Assembly: GCA_002269645.1 (NCBI GenBank)
Contig: NIVC01003279.1
Span: 1-64,000, forward strand
DNA: 64,000 nucleotides
Direction of reading: 5' to 3'
Source: Macrostomum lignano
Lineage: Eukaryota
In this document: positions 39,022 through 52,600 of the stretch, piece by piece
Numbering within the stretch: the first letter of the stretch is position 1
How the letters are laid out: each line of letters begins with the position of its first letter
Position numbers and translations under genes: made by a program
Notes under the pieces: generated by a model
Told to the model about the DNA's origin: nothing
What the model saw: the letters and a program-made list of their open reading frames with translations, nothing else
The model's database searches: none

Positions 39022-42000
39022 TCAGGTCCTGAACTCGAGTTTTCCAGCCCTGGTCACGTATTTGACGCCTTTGAATGGCTTGTACTTCTGCAATGAGGCG
39101 GTGGAGCAGGCAGACGGTGAGATGAGAAACCTCTGGATGTCGCTCAATTGCCTAACAAAACCGCAGTCTGCAGAAATTTAAAAGCAGAAATGCCAAAAGC
39201 ATGCGCTGAAAAATATTGCGCCCAAACACCGCCAGCAGCAGAGAGCAGGACGGGCGGAGGGAAGGACCAGGGAGGATAGCGGCAATATAAAGATTAATTC
39301 TAAGTGTTTAAAACGAGTTATAGGAAGGCCTCGAAAATGGGACTTCTTGAACTTTAGGTACGTAAAATACTTCCGATTTTCCGATGTGTTACAATTCGAT
39401 GCAAACAGTTTTGGAGAATTCTATGTCTGAATATTGAAGTTTTTTTAGAATCAACTTTCAAACGTATAGATTTGTAGAGATCTCCAAATAAGATACAAAG
39501 TAGACTACTATAAGTAGTAACATAAAAATGCGAAAAACTTGAATGTTGTAAAAACTGCAAATTGTCACACTCTATTTTTAAAGACCACGAAAGCAACAAA
39601 TGACCATCTTTTGCAACACTTAAATTTAGAACTCCGAATATGGTATTGACGCTCAAAGCTAATGTATTCCATAGGGGCCAAATTTCCAAAGCGCGAAACT
39701 GTCACCTACTAAAAATAAGCTGTTTCTCAACAATTTTTCCTATAAATACAAGCCAAAATCCGAGCTAAATATCTCAGACTCGGAGCAGCCTCAAAAGATC
39801 TTGGGACTCGGAGCAGCCTCTAAAGATCTTGGAGCTTGCTGGAACAGCTAAGCGAGGCTACATCTCTGAGAGAGAGAGATAAACCAATTGGTGAGCCGTT
39901 GCTCGAGCCTTTGTTATTGATTTTGAGAGCGATTTATTGCCGGCCGCTACTGTCCAGTCGTTTGGACTGAGTTCATTGAATTTGAGGCCTCCCATTTTCC
40001 TAAGGGATTGGATAGGATCTGCGGACCGATTCCGATACCCTTAGAGGATTATCGATTGATTGATTTTGGTTATCCTAGATTAACCGATAGGAGCACACGA
40101 CTCCGATTCCGTTAGATCTAGAAGAAGACGCCCCTCTTGGAGGTCCTCGTGATTATTACCGAAAGTTGATTTTATTACAAGGGCGCATCGTTGATATTGA
40201 TTACTGAGCTTAAGGCCTATATTGATTTGCATTCGAGAAATACTGCGACGTCGCCTGATTTGATCGTCACGCTCTCATTCGGCCGATTCGAGACTTCAAG
40301 AAGATTCCTCCGGAGAAGAAGAAGATTTGAAGAAACGAGCTCGGAGAACCTGCACTACACAGAAGAGGAGCCCGCAACAGTAAGTGATCACTTTATTTTG
40401 TTCCCAGGCTTAAGTGTCTGGAAGTGGGAGTTTTCGGGAGACTGATCACCTCCCGAATCAACTCTTCAGATTTTTCCAAATTTTGATGAATTTATTCTAA
40501 AACAAAATCTAGAGGATTCGAATATTACTTCGATAAACAGAGTGTCTATTCTAAGCTTTATTGACATAATTTGTTATAGTGCAGCGACAGTGTCACGTCA
40601 GTTTAGTGTTTTTTAAAAATGTTGACCTACGGTTCGCCACCTGCCCCTCACCTACCACTTTTTGATTCGCTGTCGTTCTTTTATCGTTGTGACTACTAGA
40701 CGTACACATTCTTTACTTGTACTTTAACTTGTTTACCTATACTCATTTCTACTAATCTGCGTTGTCTCCATTTTGAAGGTAACTACAGCTGCTGATATCA
40801 ACTAGTTTTGATGGGATTATAATTCTATAGGTATTTGATAACTTGCTGAATTTTCAATTTAAGCTTCGCTTCATTGCAACTTCGCCCTAGGACCCCCCAC
40901 CGGTCCTATATCGAAACTGCAACTATTTTATATTGACCTAAAGTTCAAGAAGTCCGAGAAATGTCTAGGCGATTAAAAGTCAAAAGTACGAGTACATTCG
41001 ATTCGATTCGACTCAACAAATCTCAATTTTACTGCGTAAAAAACCAACACCAATGAGGGGAAAAAACAAGGAAGAAAAAGATTTTCAGCTTGCCATGATA
41101 TTTTTCTGAAGTAGTGCCTTTTTCTAAAACAGAAAAAACCAGCCAATGAGAGAACACGGGGCACATATCGGAGGCAAGTGGAGGTTAGTCGGAGGCAACG
41201 GCAAATCAATAAGAGGCCACGTGTGGTTACAGCTTGTCAGCCAATCAAATAAGAGCTTGGGGTCAGACAGGCAGTGCACACAATAGGCTGACCAATGAGG
41301 TGAGTGAGGTGAGGTACACAATGAACACGCTATGGTTTAGGGTGAACTAACAATCGCAGACGGAAACTGAGGATGAGCAAACGCGTCTCACCTCTCCCAT
41401 GAGATCCAGCCGGTTGACTCTGAGGCCGGACACTGTCCAGCCTGAGATGGAGAAGTTCACCAGGATGGTGGGATTACAGTCCGGCACAGGGGCTCCGGTT
41501 TGCAGAATGATCTGTTGAAATAGACTCTGGTGAGTTATGGGGCTGCGAAACATAACTACGAGGAAAAATCCAAATACGAACTTCTCCCTGTGCTCACCGG
41601 TCCCTTAATGCTGGGGAATTTCTGGGGCTCCAGTTTGCCCACATTCCAGGTGAGAGTGCGGCTGGCCGAGTCAAAGGTGTACTTGCCGACGCTGGGCGTC
41701 AAGCTCACGTTGGTGACAGACCGGGGAAAGGTCACCTGAACCGCAACTTCGTCTACTACCTGCGTTAATAATTAATTAATAGTTTTTTTATCAAAAGTGT
41801 TCAATATATTTTCTTTTTCGTTACTGTTAACATATTTTCCTTATATACTTCTATTTATAATAGTTTGCTATTGTTACTACAAGTAGAGTATCCCGAAAGT
41901 GCTGTAAATAGTAGTTGTAGTCGTATATAAAGTTATCGAGCTGGCAGTTTTTTCTATACAGTGTTTCGTGAGGACCGAGCCCAAAATAGAAACTTAGAAA

Positions 42001-44686
42001 CAAGCTGGAGACGGTTATTGCTCGTTAAGTTATACGATTACAAATACCAGTACAAGCTTGTTGAAGACACTTGGACAAAGACCCACCTTGCCAGAGACGG
42101 GCCTCGGTGATAGGCTGATCTCCAAGCGGCTGGCCGCCTCCCTGAACTGGATGGTGTGCCGCAGGGTCAGCGGGATCATCTGTCCGTGGCCGCCGCCGCC
42201 GCCCCCAGCCCGGTAGGACATCAGCCGGAAGCTGCCATCAGGCGGGATGAAGCTCAGCGCCCGGTCGTTGTCAAATCTGCGAAATCGAATGCATGGATGC
42301 AGGCTGACGTCCTCCAGCAGGCGGGAGTTGACGAAGGTCAGGGTGAGGTCGGGCATGCCGGACAGCTTGATGAGGCAGTCGATGCGGCCGGCCACGTCGG
42401 ACATGACCACGTTGCCAGACCGGTCCACGATGGCGTCCAGCTCCTCGATCACGTCAAAGTAGGCCTCGTTGTTGGCGTAGCGGACCCCGATGCGGCGCCA
42501 GGGGATGTTGGACAGCTGGCCGGTGGGCAGGCTGGCGGACACGTTCGTGTTCTTGCCGCTCATGGCGTCCGTGATCGTGCGGAACAGGGTGGGCGGCCGG
42601 ATCAGCTCCTTGAGGATGTTGGGCTCCGTGGCCAGGGGGAACCCGTTGTCCAGCATCTCGTCTAGCAGCTGGGGGTGGTGCCGGAATCAATTGTCGAGAG
42701 TGAAATGTGGCGCGAGCTGCAGTGAGTCTGCAGCATACCAGGGACAATGACCAGACACAGCATCCGTAATGACCAGACACAGCATCCATAATGACCAGAC
42801 ACAGCATACATAATGACCAGACGCAGCATCCATAATGACCAGACACATCATACATAGTTACCAGACACAGCATCCATAATGACCAGACACATCATACATA
42901 GTTACCAGACACAGCATACATAATGACCAGACACATCATACATAGTTACCAGACACAGCATACATAATGACCAGACGCAGCATCCATAATGACCAGACAC
43001 ATCATACATAGTTACCAGACACAGCATCCATAATGACCAGACACATCATACATAGTTACCAGACACAGCATACATAATTACCACACAGCATCCATAATTA
43101 CCAGACACAACATCCATAATGACCAAACACATCATACACAATGACCAGACGCACTGACGCAGCATTCATAATGACCAGACCATCATACATAGTTACCAGA
43201 CACAGCATCCATAATGACCACACAGAATATACGTAATGAACAGACAACATCCATAATTACCGGACACAAAAATACACAATGACCAGAGACAGCAGAACAA
43301 TAACGACAATCATTATAATTAATGACCGGGCCGACCCAGTGTAGCTTAGTCAATGGCATTGAGCAGCATAAAAATGACCAGTAGCAGTCACCAGAGTAAG
43401 CAGTAACAAGTTCCATTTCGATTTCCTCAAACTCACCTCGTACACAAGCACCACATTATCCTTGATGATGGTCTCCGTGACGTCCTCAAAGTAATCCTTG
43501 ACAATGTCGGCGACGCGGTGCAGGAATTCGATGACAAACAGGGGTGGCACCTCACTGCGGCACACGGCAACAAAGTGAATCTGGGCGCGGTAGACACTGA
43601 TGATGATGTGGTTGGGAGTCTGGATAACTGGCTGCACATTCTCTGGCGATGATGCCTGCAGGTGTGGCAGTCATTAGCAGCAGTATGTGGGACATTATAT
43701 TGATAGCATTAAACAATCAAGCAAAAATAATTTACCTTGGCAACTTCATCAAAGAAATAGTCGCAGACAGTCTTTGGGATGACACTTTTGTAGTGCTTCT
43801 CAAGGAAAATGTCTCTAAAAGTTAAGAAACAACAAATTATCAGGAATAATTAGGGTTCATTTTATAATAAAAGGGCTGTTTGCTGGCATAGTGATTGTTT
43901 GTGCATAACTTCTTTCCACCACATTGAAATGGATCAAATTAAAATTCAGCTTAAAGAGCAGCATTCAATACTTCAGCTGAGTGTTGAATAGCTTCTCTAG
44001 GTCATTCCATTGCTGAGTTATGGCTCATTAAGTGATGAGGTCCAAGAAGGCTAGTTTCATCTGTGTTATATTCAAGGACCACTAGAAGAAGAAAGATGAG
44101 ATACTTCATATCTTGGAAAATTTATTTAAGGCTGATTTTCATGGAGAAATGCACTAGTGAGATAGAAACTTTTCATCACTTTTTCACTTTTATGTAGTGA
44201 TAGCTTTTTATTGGAAGCAGATAGCTATTACAAAGATATTACAAAAACAACCTAACAACCTAAATTTTGATTTTAAAAGGCCTATGCTTAAGTGTAAAAT
44301 CAATTTGACAGAAAAGAAGCTTAAAAAATTAATATTTAAAATAACTACTTCTAGCTTAAGCTGATATAGTAAGATTATACTATTATATTATAATTTATAG
44401 ACAAGTTTTATAGACTATAGTAGTATAATGTGGACTTAAGGGACTGATAATTAATTGCTACTAATACTAGGCATAACTAATAAGAATATTTACTCTATTA
44501 CTAAATCAATTAAAGCTATACTATTTTTATATATATACTTTATGTTGACTTATAGACCTGCTAAAAGAATATTATTCATTAACTTTTTTCTTTAGCTTTT
44601 GTAAACCATTAAATAAAAGCAATATATAAAAACAAACAATTTTAAACTTACCCAGAATTGTTGATAAGAAAGATGCTATGTATCAT
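39022..44686 (-). CDS. AP3M1: AP-3 complex subunit mu, complete, 420 aa. Exons 44652-44686, 43736-43814, 43437-43655, 42087-42668, 41598-41759, 41392-41511, 39022-39087.
   Basis: MIHSIFLINNSGDIFLEKHYKSVI...VPPLFVIEFLHRVAD...EMLDNGFPLATEPNILKELIRPP...LPTGQLSNIPWRR...NNEAYFDV...KYKPFKGVKYVTRAGKLEFRT*. All GT-AG, frame intact (1263 nt). Confidence 0.96.
39340..40955. mobile_element. About 1.6-kb non-autonomous TIR element in the AP3M last intron, possibly with an LTR-like insert at about 39700-40450
   Basis: Perfect 20-bp TIR ggacttcttgaactttaggt (39340-39359 and 40936-40955); degenerate flanks gaaaatg/gagaaatg; internal TATAAATA at 39741 followed by LTR-like sequence. Confidence 0.55.
42745..43320. 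repeat. Compound 22-27-bp intronic minisatellite (catccataatgaccagacacag variants)
   Basis: AP3M intron 3. Confidence 0.9.
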
Positions 44687-45149
44687 ATTTGATTTTTGTT
44701 TTAAGTTTACTGTATACAATTTTTTGTCACTATATTAAATTTGAAACTTGTATCCTTGTATAGAATCTGTAGTTTGATTTCAAATGAAATGTAAATATAA
44801 TGCCAAAGCGAAGCCTAATAATGTATTGCACTAAGTCCACTATTATAATATAGGCCTAATTGTTAACATAGTCACAGTTACAGTAAAGGTAGATTAGCTA
44901 GGCCTTACGCCCTTAGTTGTACAAGTTTGTATAATGAATTGTGAAAGAGCTATCAAAATTTAAAGCATATTGAGGAATTAAGCTGTTTAACTGGAACTAG
45001 GCTAGGGCTAGGGCCTAGGCCTAACAGTAAAACGCAAGTGCTTCTTAACAGATTATAATTACAATAAATATAAAATATAGTAAATACTGTAATATCAGTT
45101 GATAGGCCTAGCCTAGCAATAGTTAGTTCAAAGTCTGCCGAAAAGCTAA

Positions 45150-45500
45150 ACTATGACTAAAAACATAAAAACAAGCTATAACTTTTTCCGCAGCCTACAA
45201 CGTTAGGAACCGATTAGGTCTACAGAAAAGGAGCGCACAACACGAGTTAATGCGCGCGTCTTACAGCTTGTTGTTAAAATATAATATAATTTTTTACTAT
45301 ATGGTGAAATTTGACGACGACAATAACACTTTTTTCGGATAACTTAATTAAACAGTTTCGACTACTTAAAGAAACGCATTCATTTTTTTCAGGAAAAGTA
45401 ACTATTGGTGGCAAAAAACTACTGATTTAGCATGACTGTATTTGTTTTTATGCTTGACACGAAAACATTAGAAATTGCGGAAATTTGCATTGACTTGAAA
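45150..45500. promoter_or_regulatory. Putative divergent promoter region between AP3M (-) and the DLGAP-like gene (+)
   Basis: Local CpG-retaining island (e.g. gcgcgcgt) between two CpG-depleted flanks and two divergently oriented genes; inference only. Confidence 0.4.
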
Positions 45501-46663
45501 TTACAAGAAATGATGCATCCTATTAGTATTAGCTCAAGGAAGAAGTATCACTGTATTAGTTATCAATGAAATTGTTTTATGCTGAGTATAAGCTCAATAT
45601 TATGTGATGAAAAATACGAGAGGGAAGTTTTAGCTTATTTCTATTAAGGGTTTAATATATGTTTATTAACTTAGGCTATTTGGTTTTACTAAATCAAAGA
45701 TCTTATCCAAGTTTTTTTCGAAAGTATTGAGCATCTTGCTTTTTAATGTATTCATTTCAAAAATGTAAAAATTTCCATAAAATCTCAGTATTCTTAATAA
45801 ATTTATATTATCATACATTTATTAAGAATGTTAATCTTAATGTTAATATGTTATTATTATTTTTTACTGAATTTGCAAAGAAATGATTTGCATAGTATTG
45901 ATTTTCCTAATAAATAATTGAAAGAATAAAAGTTGATTAAAAATTTCTTAGCAACCTTAGTACTTTTACATTGGCATTTTGATAACTGAAATAATTTAAA
46001 CTTGGCATAAGTGTTTTGTGAAGCAATGTGACAAAAAATAATCCACTTTCTACTTGTTTTAAAGCCTAGCACATTTTAATTATTGATATTTTGTTGCTAT
46101 TATAGCCATGTTGCAAAATTTTCTTCATGTATTGCTGATAGTACAAAAGTTTTTTATGTCAGGAATTTTCAAATCATTCAAATCATTGAAAAAGTTTTTT
46201 CATTGAGGGTAAAAAGTTTGTTTGCATATGTCATGGCTAAATTATGATTCGACGTGGGAAAAGAAATTAAGATTTAAGTTTTGATTTTTGAATTAACAAC
46301 TGTTCACAGCATAAAAAATAATATACTAATGCAAACAAATATTATAAGTTTCAACATACTTCCAAGTTGATACTCCGGCCCTAATAAGTTTTTCTGTTAT
46401 TAGGGGGCTAGGCAAAATGTTTTAGTGTGCCATATCTAGATTGCAGACTAGAGCTTGGCTAACCCAATAGCAAAAGCTATATCATCATGTGTAATGCTTA
46501 ATTATATCATTAAATGCTTTTTGACTTATTAATATTTGGGCACATTTTAACCATATGCTACCCATATAAAGCTAAACTCTAAGATTTACAAGTGCGGAAT
46601 TATCTACGATAAAGCCTACATTAATTCAGAAGTTTGTTCTGTATATAATAAAACTGTCATTAG

Positions 46664-49600
46664 ACCTTCTCGTCATCAACGCCACCTCAGCATCCGGCAG
46701 GCTCAAGCGGCGGAGCTGCCGCAGCTGAGACTCTCCAGTCGCTGCTGCGATCCCCCGCTGTGAACGGCCGAGCCTCCCGCCTGGACGAATTTCTGCACAC
46801 CAACCACCAGCCACCGCAGCCCCAGCCGAGAATGCAGAGCCGGTCGCTGGACCGAATCACCCGCTACGCGCAGCCCCGCCCCACGCGCTTCGTGCCAACC
46901 GAGGCGCCAGTCTCCTTTCTCGACAGCCGGGCAGCCTCAGGCGCCAGCAGCAGAAGCAACAGCCTCAGGGCTTTGCGTTCAGCAGCCCGACTTGCGCCGA
47001 CTCCATCATGACTCGGTCGCTGCCACCTCCCTCAGCAGTTGCCATGGCAACTACGCTGGGTGATGTAGCTTTTTCTGGACAGACCGCCTCCCGCCTGGCC
47101 CACTTTGAGAGCCTGAACTCCCGGCTGCGGAGCCTCATGGCTGCCAGACAGGCGGAGCTTGAGAGGGACCGGGCCTACCTGCTCAAGTGCCAGGTGACTC
47201 AATAAGTCCTTCAATTCCATAAGCCCTAATTGGCAGTATAGTTTGCAAGGCTCACCTTTGCTTGAGCAGCAAGCTAACCACTCACAAGCCACCTCAAAGC
47301 ATTCGCAAAAATTGCTTCGACTATTTGATTATTCTCAAGCATCGCCTCTAAACCATTCTCAAGCATCGCCTCTAAAACCTTTCCCTAAACCTTTCTCAAG
47401 AGTCACCCCTAAACCATTCTCAAGAGTCACCCCTGAACCATTCTCAAGAGTCACCCCTAAACCATTCTCAAGAGTCACCCCTAAACCATTCTCAAGCATC
47501 GCCCATTCTCAAGAGTCACCCCTAAACCATTCTCAAGCATCGCCCATTCTCAAGAGTCACCCCTAAACCATTCTCAAGAGTCACCCCTAAACCATTCTCA
47601 AGAGTCGCCCCTGAACCATTCTCAAGAGTCGCCCCTGAACCATTCTCAAGAGTCACCCCTAAACCATTCTCAAGAGTCACCCCTGAACCATTCTCAAGAG
47701 TCACCCCTGAACCATTCTCAAGAGTCACCCCTAAACCATTCTCAAGCATCGCCCATTCTCAAGAGTCACCCCTAAACCATTCTCAAGAGTCACCCCTAAA
47801 CCATTCTCAAGAGTCACCCCTAAACCATTCTCAAGAGTCACCCTTGAAACTTTCTCAAGCATCGCTCCTATCATTCGCTGCTCGTAAAATAGGGCTTGAA
47901 CTACTCCAAACGCTGTATTACTTCAACTTAGAAAGGCGAATTCTGTTCCCTCGCGGTTCTGCTTAGTGGGCGACTCAGGGGTCAATTTAAGGTGTGTTGA
48001 TTTCCGCTTCTGTGTCTTGCCGTGATCAGTTGGGAAAGAGAAAGTGGGTGAAAAATCCCCTTTCCAAGAAGGCTCCCCCACGCGCTCCCCTAATCGATTG
48101 TGCGCCGCCCGCCTTGGCCTCGCACGCTGCTGCTGAGACACCTGACACTCCTCGGCACGCCAAGTTTCAGGTGTGTCAGGTGCGGCCTGATTGCAGTGGA
48201 ACAGTTGCTCCCTATTCTAGGTCAATCTGCACGTACGCTACAGGTCTATCGCTGCTATTATTGCTAATCGATGCGCTAGATTTTGCTGTCAGAAATCGTA
48301 AACTACTAATAGTAGACCAAAATATTGAATTGGTTAGTGTATTTTTACTTTTCTACACCGACCTTGAAATAGGTGTCCAACGAGTCGGTTCGCTCGCCGC
48401 CGCACCCGCCGCTGTCCATCGAAGCGATTTTCAATCCGCCACATCCCGTTACCATGGAAACCTCCACCCTCATGACTACGTCGCTGCACTCGGACCTGTC
48501 CACCGGCACGGCCAAGCGGACCATCGACAGCCTGGCCACGCCCAAGGCCTTCAAAGTGAAGCTGCAGGACTTTGACGGGGGCAGTCCCGACGGTGTCCGC
48601 CCCAACCCTGCCAACTGCCCCGCTGAGCCGGCGGCCGCCGTCCCACCGCCAGCCGCTGCCACCGCCGCCAAGAAGCCGCGGTCCCTGCTGGGCCGGCTGG
48701 CCCGCATGAAGACCCGCTCCGCCGCCGCCGGCTCGCAGCAGCCGCCGGCTAAGGCCGACTTCGACGGTGCCGAAGAGACCCCGGCGGCAACGGCGGCGGA
48801 AGCCCCGGTAGAAGCCCCGGCGGCTCCGAGCACGTCGGCAGCCGCACCGCTGGCCGCCATTCGCAAGTTTCTCAATCGGCTGCCGCGGCGGACGAAGCGC
48901 CGGCGGCGGTTCGACATTGGCGAGCCTCAGCTGCTGGAGGCGCAGCAGCCCGGTGAGGGAATCCTGCTTGTTTGCTCCATCTGGGACCTGAGATTTGTAT
49001 TGAGTAGGCGGGCAGTGTCAGAGCACTTTTCAGTCTGTGTTGCTACTGCTGTTGTTAGTGAATTTGAAAATTTCAGTCTGTGTTGCTACTGCTGTTGTCA
49101 GTGAATTTGAAAATTTCAGTCTGTGTTGGTACTGCTGTTGTCAGTGAATTCGAAAATTTCAGTCTGTGTTGCTACTGCTGTTGTCAGTGAATTTGAAAAT
49201 TTCAGTCTGTGTTGGTACTGCTGTTGTCAGTGAATTTGAAAATTTCAGTCTGTGTTGGTACTGCTGTTGTCAGTGAATTTGAAAATTTCAGTCTGGAAGT
49301 CCCATCATCACACGGAGTCTTTGCCGCCAATCTTCAACCCTCCAGCTGCAGCAGAGATCCCAGCAGCCAGGCCTGACCATCCCGACCTCGGCGCTGGAGG
49401 CAAAGCCGGCAACCGCCTTGGCACTCGTGCGCCACCGCCGAGCTCTCAAGTGGTGACCTTCGCCGAGAGCAGCTTGCCGAAACGCCTGGCCGGTTTTTCT
49501 GGCGCCTCTGTCACGGCCGCGGCGCCCAACTCGAGCGCCAGCGCCGTCTCGACGTCCGCAGCTGCGCCAGCGCCAGAGCTGCTCCAGCGGCTGAGCCAGG

Positions 49601-52600
49601 TGGAGAATGAAGCTGGGTTTTGGGGTTCCGTAGTTCGAGAATTCTGGTCTATCCTATGTGAGGGGTGAGGGTTTAGAATCTCCTATCTCACGGGGTGAGA
49701 GTTTAGAATCTCCTATCCCACGGGGTGAGAGTTTAGAATCTCCTATCTCACGGGGTGAGAGTTTAGAATCTCCTATCTCACGGGGTGGGAGTTTAGAATC
49801 TCCTATCTCACGGGGTGAGAGTTTAGAATCTCCTATCTCGTGGGGTGAGAGTTTAGAATCTCCTATCTCGTGGGGTGAGAGTTTAGAATCTCCTATCTCG
49901 TGGGGTGAGAGTTTAGAATCTCCTATCTCACGGGGTGAGAGTTTAGAATCTCCTATCTCGTGGGGTGAGAGTTTAGAATCTCATATCTCCTGGAGAGAGA
50001 TTTTAGAATCTCCTATCCTACGGGGTGAGAGTTTAGAATCCCCTATCTCATGGGGTGAGATTTTGGACCCTTGTATGTATATCAGATCTGGTACGCATTG
50101 TCTGTAAAGAGGATAATTCGACTTTCAATGCTTTTTACAGTGTGAAATTCGGTGGCTACTCACAGTAGTTTATGCCGCCGCAGCCAATCCAGAGCACCCT
50201 TCCCATGCCCCAAACTCCGCAGCAGCCGCCAGCTCCCCAGTTGCCGCCCAGCCAACGGGTCCCGCCGAAGACTCCGACGGCATCGCCAGCCCCAGCGCGA
50301 CTGCCGACGCCGAAGAGGCCGGCGCCCCGGTTGCGCTCAGGAGCGGCGGCGCCAACGCCGCCAGGAAACTCAACGGCCAGAAGCGATCGCTGGCCGCTAG
50401 GAAGGTTGGTGTGCGGATTCGAGCGGCTATGGGCTAGGGCTACTCAAAATCGAATAGTTGCCATGCAGATATGGGCTAGGGCTACTCAAACTCGAATAGT
50501 TGCCATGCAGATATGGGCTAGGGCTACTCAAACTCGAATAGTTGCCATGCAGATATGGGCTAGGGCTACTCAAACTCGAATAGTTGCCATGCAGATATGG
50601 GCTAGGGCTACTCAAACTCGAATAGTTGCCATGCAGATATGGGCTAGGGCTACTCAAACTCGAATAGTTACCATGCAGATATGGTATGATACATAGGAGC
50701 GAAGTATCATAAAAATAATTATATTGAAAAAACTTCCTGATGGTGTGCAACCTGATGATGTGCAACCTGATGGTGTGCAACCTGATGATGTGCAACCTGA
50801 TGGTGTGCAACCTGATGATGTGCAACCTGATGGTGTGCAACCTGATGGTGTGCAACCTGATGATGTGCAACCTGATGATGTGCAACCTGATGATGTGCAC
50901 CCTGATGATGTGCAACCTGATGATGTGCAACCTGATGGTGTGCAACCTGATGATGTGCAACCTGATGGTGTGCAACCTGATGATGTGCAACCTGATGATG
51001 TGCACCCTGATGATGTGCAACCTGATGGTGTGCAACCTGATGATGTGCAACCTGATGGTGTGCAACCTGATGGTGTGCAACCTGATGGTGTGCAACCTGA
51101 TGATGTGCAACCTGATGATGTGCAACCTGATGGTGTGCAACCTGATGATGTGCAACCTGATGGTGTGCAACCTGATGGTGTGCAACCTGATGGTGTGCAA
51201 TCTTCTTCTCCACCTCCACTGCCGTCTCTCAGGCCAGAAGCCGCTCTGACGCCAGTGCCGAGGCAGTCCGTTCATTAAAGGCTGCTGCGGCGGCAAAGGC
51301 GTCGGTGGCCGGCGCGGCGGCCAGCCGAGACTCCACTGGGGCGGCCGCGGCAGCCACATCGCCGACGGAGCGGTCCTCGCTCATCATGATCAGCGCCGCC
51401 CTGCGCAGCGCCCAGGTGCTGGCGGCCGGCATGACCCGCTCCCTCTGCCTGGAGGCCTCATCGTCAGTGGCTGCCGCCGGGGCCGCCTCCGACGACACCG
51501 CCGCCGATGGCGGAGCGTCCAGCGCCGGGCGCTACTTCCTGCTGCTGGCCGAGCGGGAGGAGCAGCGGATCCGCGCCGACACCGACTGGATTGAGGCCTG
51601 CCTGGATGATGAGTCCTTGGGCCTGTCTGAGGAGGGTGAGTCCCTGGGCCTGTCTGAGGAGGGTGAGTCCCTGGGCCTGTCTGAGGAGGGTGAGTCCCTG
51701 GGCCTGTCTGAGGAGGGTGAGTCCCTGGGCCTGTCTGAGGAGGGTGAGTCCCTGGGCCTGTCTGAGGAGGGTGAGTCCCTGGGCCTGTCTGAGGAGGGTG
51801 AGTCCCTGGGCCTGTCTGAGGAGGGTGAGTCCCTGGGCCTGTCTGAGGAGGGTGAGTCCCTGGGCCTGTCTGAGGAGGGTGAGTCCCTGGGCCTGTCTGA
51901 GGAGGGTGAGTCCCTGGGCCTGTCTGAGGAGGGTGAGTCCCTGGGCCTGTCTGAGGAGGGTGAGTCCCTGGGCCTGTCTGAGGAGGGTGAGTCCCTGGGC
52001 CTGTCTGAGGAGGGTGAGTCCCTGGGCCTGTCTGAGGAGGGTGAGTCCCTGGGCCTGTCTGAGGAGGGTGAGTCCCTGGGCCTGTCTGAGGAGGGTGAGT
52101 CCCTGGGCCTGTCTGAGGAGGGTGAGTCCCTGGGCCTGTCTGAGGAGGGTGAGTCCCTGGGCCTGTCTGAGGAGGGTGAGTCACTGGGCCTGTCTGAGGA
52201 GGGTGAGTCCCTGGGCCTGTCTGAGGAGGGTGAGTCACTGATCCCCTGTCTGAGGAGGTGAGTCACTGATTCCCTGTCTGAGGAGCTGAGTCACTGATCC
52301 TGTGTCACTGCAGTGTCGGGGATTCTCCGGGTGTCGGCCGGCAAGGCCCGCCTGCTGCTCACCGAGAAGCTCGCGCAGTTCCGCGGCCTCTGCGAGGACA
52401 ACATGGCCAACGGGGTCACCCAGTACTGCGACCTGAACGGCTTCTGGGCCATCTGCTGCCTGCAGCTGCAGGACATCGGGCGGATGCTGGCCACGTGCAG
52501 GCAGATCCGCGACTGCCAGTTCCGGCGGGTGCCGCCAGCGCCGCCTTCGCCTCCGGCACCGCAGCAGCCACGGGAGCCGCTGCAGAAGCGACAGCCGTCC

